NCBI GenBank assembly: GCA_030550585.1
Contig: JAUQPB010000003.1
Location: 1 to 36,232 of the forward strand
Source: Thermoproteota archaeon
GTDB lineage: Archaea; Thermoproteota; Thermoprotei_A; Sulfolobales; Ignisphaeraceae
DNA length: 36,232 nucleotides
Direction of reading: 5' to 3'
Every line of letters starts with the position of its first letter. Within the stretch, counting starts at the first letter, position 1. The translations under genes were made by a program, and so were the position numbers. Below are positions 33,419-36,232 of the stretch, one piece after another. Below the pieces are notes generated by a model. The model made no database searches and was not told the DNA's origin. It saw only the letters and a program-made list of their open reading frames with translations.

Positions 33419-36232
33419 GAAACTCCCATAAGGGAGTAGAAAGGAGGCTCTCTATCTTCACCCCATCAAAAGTCCATTTGGGTTAAATCCGGAAACTCCC
33501 ATAAGGGAGTAGAAAGTGCGTATCTGTATCTTCTTCCAATAGTGTTGAGAAGATCTTCAAGTGTATACGTGAAACTCCCATAAGGGAGTAGAAAGCTATA
33601 CAGAGCGAAACACAGAGCAACAAAACAGTGTATAAGGGAAACTCCCATAAGGGAGTAGAAAGTAAACCTATGCTTATACGGAAGCAAAAGAAAAGAACCA
33701 TCCTCAAGAAACTCCCATAAGGGAGTAGAAAGCTAGAATGACCTTCGATATATTCCCCTTGACCTTGCCATATCTCTTGAAACTCCCATAAGGGAGTAGA
33801 AAGTTCTCTGTTAGTTTAACAATCATTGCTTTCTCCTCCGGATTGGGTGAAACTCCCATAAGGGAGTAGAAAGATTTTTAACGTATCCATAAAAATTTTG
33901 CAATGCTATTAACATTGCTCGAAACTCCCATAAGGGAGTAGAAAGCCTCACTACTACTTATCAGAAGAAGATTTTAGCTCAGGGTTCCTTAAGAAACTCC
34001 CATAAGGGAGTAGAAAGGCATTTAAGTGTGGTGTTGATATCCGTGGTGTAAACATAGATCCATGAAACTCCCATAAGGGAGTAGAAAGTATGAGTATATA
34101 TTTGTGGTTGGCTTTATCCATCCCAAGAAACTCCCATAAGGGAGTAGAAAGCTATTTCCAGATGCTAGGAAACCGGTGTAATTTATAAGCCTTGTCCATC
34201 CAGAAACTCCCATAAGGGAGTAGAAAGTCAGGTATTTATGGTATCTATCGTCTATTCCATGCATATGTAATATCAATGAAACTCCCATAAGGGAGTAGAA
34301 AGTCGATATCCATGACCAATGCATCCCCTATACGGTTGTCAATGAAACTCCCATAAGGGAGTAGAAAGTAGCTGAGTCTCGACAGTTTCTGGTCTAACCC
34401 TATGCCTAGAAACTCCCATAAGGGAGTAGAAAGGGAAATCCTTTACAACAGCCTTAATCGTTTCTATATTTGATTTGAAACTCCCATAAGGGAGTAGAAA
34501 GTTTTGATTGAGAATAACTTTGTTGTCTCTTTTTCTGATTAACTTGAATCTAGAAACTCCCATAAGGGAGTAGAAAGCGGTAAGCTTTTCGCAAGAATTT
34601 CTCAAGTGATTGAGAGAATGAAACTCCCATAAGGGAGTAGAAAGAACGGCAAAGCGGCTATAGAGCTACGAGTATCTACTGTTAATTTGAAACTCCCATA
34701 AGGGAGTAGAAAGATACCAAATGGTGTACATCCATATATCAACGATAGATACATTTGAAACTCCCATAAGGGAGTAGAAAGACGAAGGTTGTTCTCACTT
34801 GCTGGAAATTGATTGGTGCATTTGATGAAACTCCCATAAGGGAGTAGAAAGAAGTTTATTTTGGTGGGGGTGGTGGGAGTTATATGCTATCCATTTCTAG
34901 AAACTCCCATAAGGGAGTAGAAAGGCTGAACTTGGTTTGCCAACGATTATTAAGAAAATAGAAAGTGAGAAACTCCCATAAGGGAGTAGAAAGATATTTA
35001 AAACTTTCGTTTTTGTTTGGTTTTTGTTTTACTTTTTTGTGAAACTCCCATAAGGGAGTAGAAAGCTCTACCTCTACCACAACCTTAAACCTGAACTGTT
35101 TTCTCGTGGAAACTCCCATAAGGGAGTAGAAAGGCTAGCACATCAACAACAAAGTCTAGCATACTTACAAATATCAGAAACTCCCATAAGGGAGTAGAAA
35201 GTGTATGTTGATGAGCTATAACCAGGTGTAGCCCATACTTCCTAGCTTCACTCAAGAAACTCCCATAAGGGAGTAGAAAGAGGAACAACATTATTGTGAA
35301 GAGGTGGGGCACTAGATCTAGATTGAAACTCCCATAAGGGAGTAGAAAGCTCTCAGTAAATACCAATGGATAATGTATATCTGGATTTGTCTCAAGAAAC
35401 TCCCATAAGGGAGTAGAAAGCAGTACACAGTACAGTATCCGAACCAGCAGCCACAGCAAACAATGGACACGGAAACTCCCATAAGGGAGTAGAAAGGTGA
35501 ACACAACTATGGTCGTTGTTGATGTGTTGTAGTCTATCATTGCGAAACTCCCATAAGGGAGTAGAAAGGCGCAACATTCTCCAGAATGCTACTCCGCCTA
35601 CCCTAGCCTTCACCAAGAAACTCCCATAAGGGAGTAGAAAGTTATTATATCCAAACCTTATCGTTATTCTCCCCGCATTATCCCACAGCCACGAAACTCC
35701 CATAAGGGAGTAGAAAGTCAGACCGAGATCGTGGAAGAACTTGTGAACACCTGAATCGATTAAGAACTGAAACTCCCATAAGGGAGTAGAAAGACGAATA
35801 TGGGCATTCAGAGGTGTTCTTCGTTGATGCGGACAAGTACGGAAACTCCCATAAGGGAGTAGAAAGGACTATCCAGACGACTACAGCAGGTGGTGGGGCA
35901 GGAGACACGCCGAAACTCCCATAAGGGAGTAGAAAGTTCTTCACAGTATTTTGGAATCTTTTCAATTAAATTTGACATAGATTGAAACTCCCATAAGGGA
36001 GTAGAAAGGTCCAAGAATCCCTCCTCAGCCAATCTTCTGATTGCCCTTTCCATCGTATGAAACTCCCATAAGGGAGTAGAAAGAACTTATTTTAGCTTTT
36101 TCACAATGTCTTTTTCTATTGATACTATCAGACGAAACTCCCATAAGGGAGTAGAAAGTTTGATAATAAAGAAAATGAGGATGACGCAGCACAGAACAAG
36201 GAGCTATGAAACTCCCATAAGGGAGTAGAAAG
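33419..36232 (+). CRISPR. CRISPR array: 40 identical 25-bp repeats GAAACTCCCATAAGGGAGTAGAAAG and 39 spacers (38-54 bp); may continue past the window
   Basis: Repeats counted by eye from 33419 to 36208-36232. Orientation inferred from the leader/TATA and the 3' GAAAG end. Confidence 0.98.

Noticed and set aside
34325-34335. Spacer 13 shares CCCCTATACGG with the hairpin at ~2449; spacer 35 shares GGTGGGGCAGG with ~16379
   Set aside because: Only 11-nt matches with non-matching flanks; expected by chance, so not self-targeting.
33466-36053. ORFs within the array containing LSTPLWEF / FLLPYGSF / FYSLMGVS
   Set aside because: Translations of the CRISPR repeat, not genes.

Overview
Chromosomal window from a hyperthermophilic crenarchaeon. 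Gene content, GC-rich tRNAs with encoded CCA, BRE/TATA promoters and the GAAAG-ending CRISPR repeat suggest Desulfurococcales, possibly Ignisphaera-like (inference). Left to right: (1) an accessory region on the 3' side of tRNA-Arg(CCT), with a secreted-protein gene running off the window, a membrane-anchored hypothetical and a broken winged-helix gene; (2) endonuclease IV and an Opp/Dpp-family ABC importer, probably for oligosaccharides; (3) a second decayed patch on the 3' side of tRNA-Gly(CCC), with an archaeal ATPase pseudogene, a wHTH + membrane protein pair and an orphan AF2212-type antitoxin; (4) EamA and threonine ammonia-lyase; (5) a KaiC-like ATPase next to uncharacterised proteins, a 1206-aa repeat surface protein and a beta-propeller; (6) housekeeping genes (Sua5, HAD, anchored subtilase, YjjX NTPase, DMT, MarC, PadR + ABC-2 exporter, metallophosphoesterase, AglH-like transferase); (7) a CRISPR leader and a 40-repeat/39-spacer array reaching the window edge, with no cas genes in view. 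The most notable observations are a strand-specific A/C skew upstream of all three ncRNA promoters, the KaiC-centred cluster, a spacer matching a coupling/VirB4/HerA-like ATPase motif, and several pseudogenes missed by the ORF track. All family calls come from manual motif recognition, not database searches.
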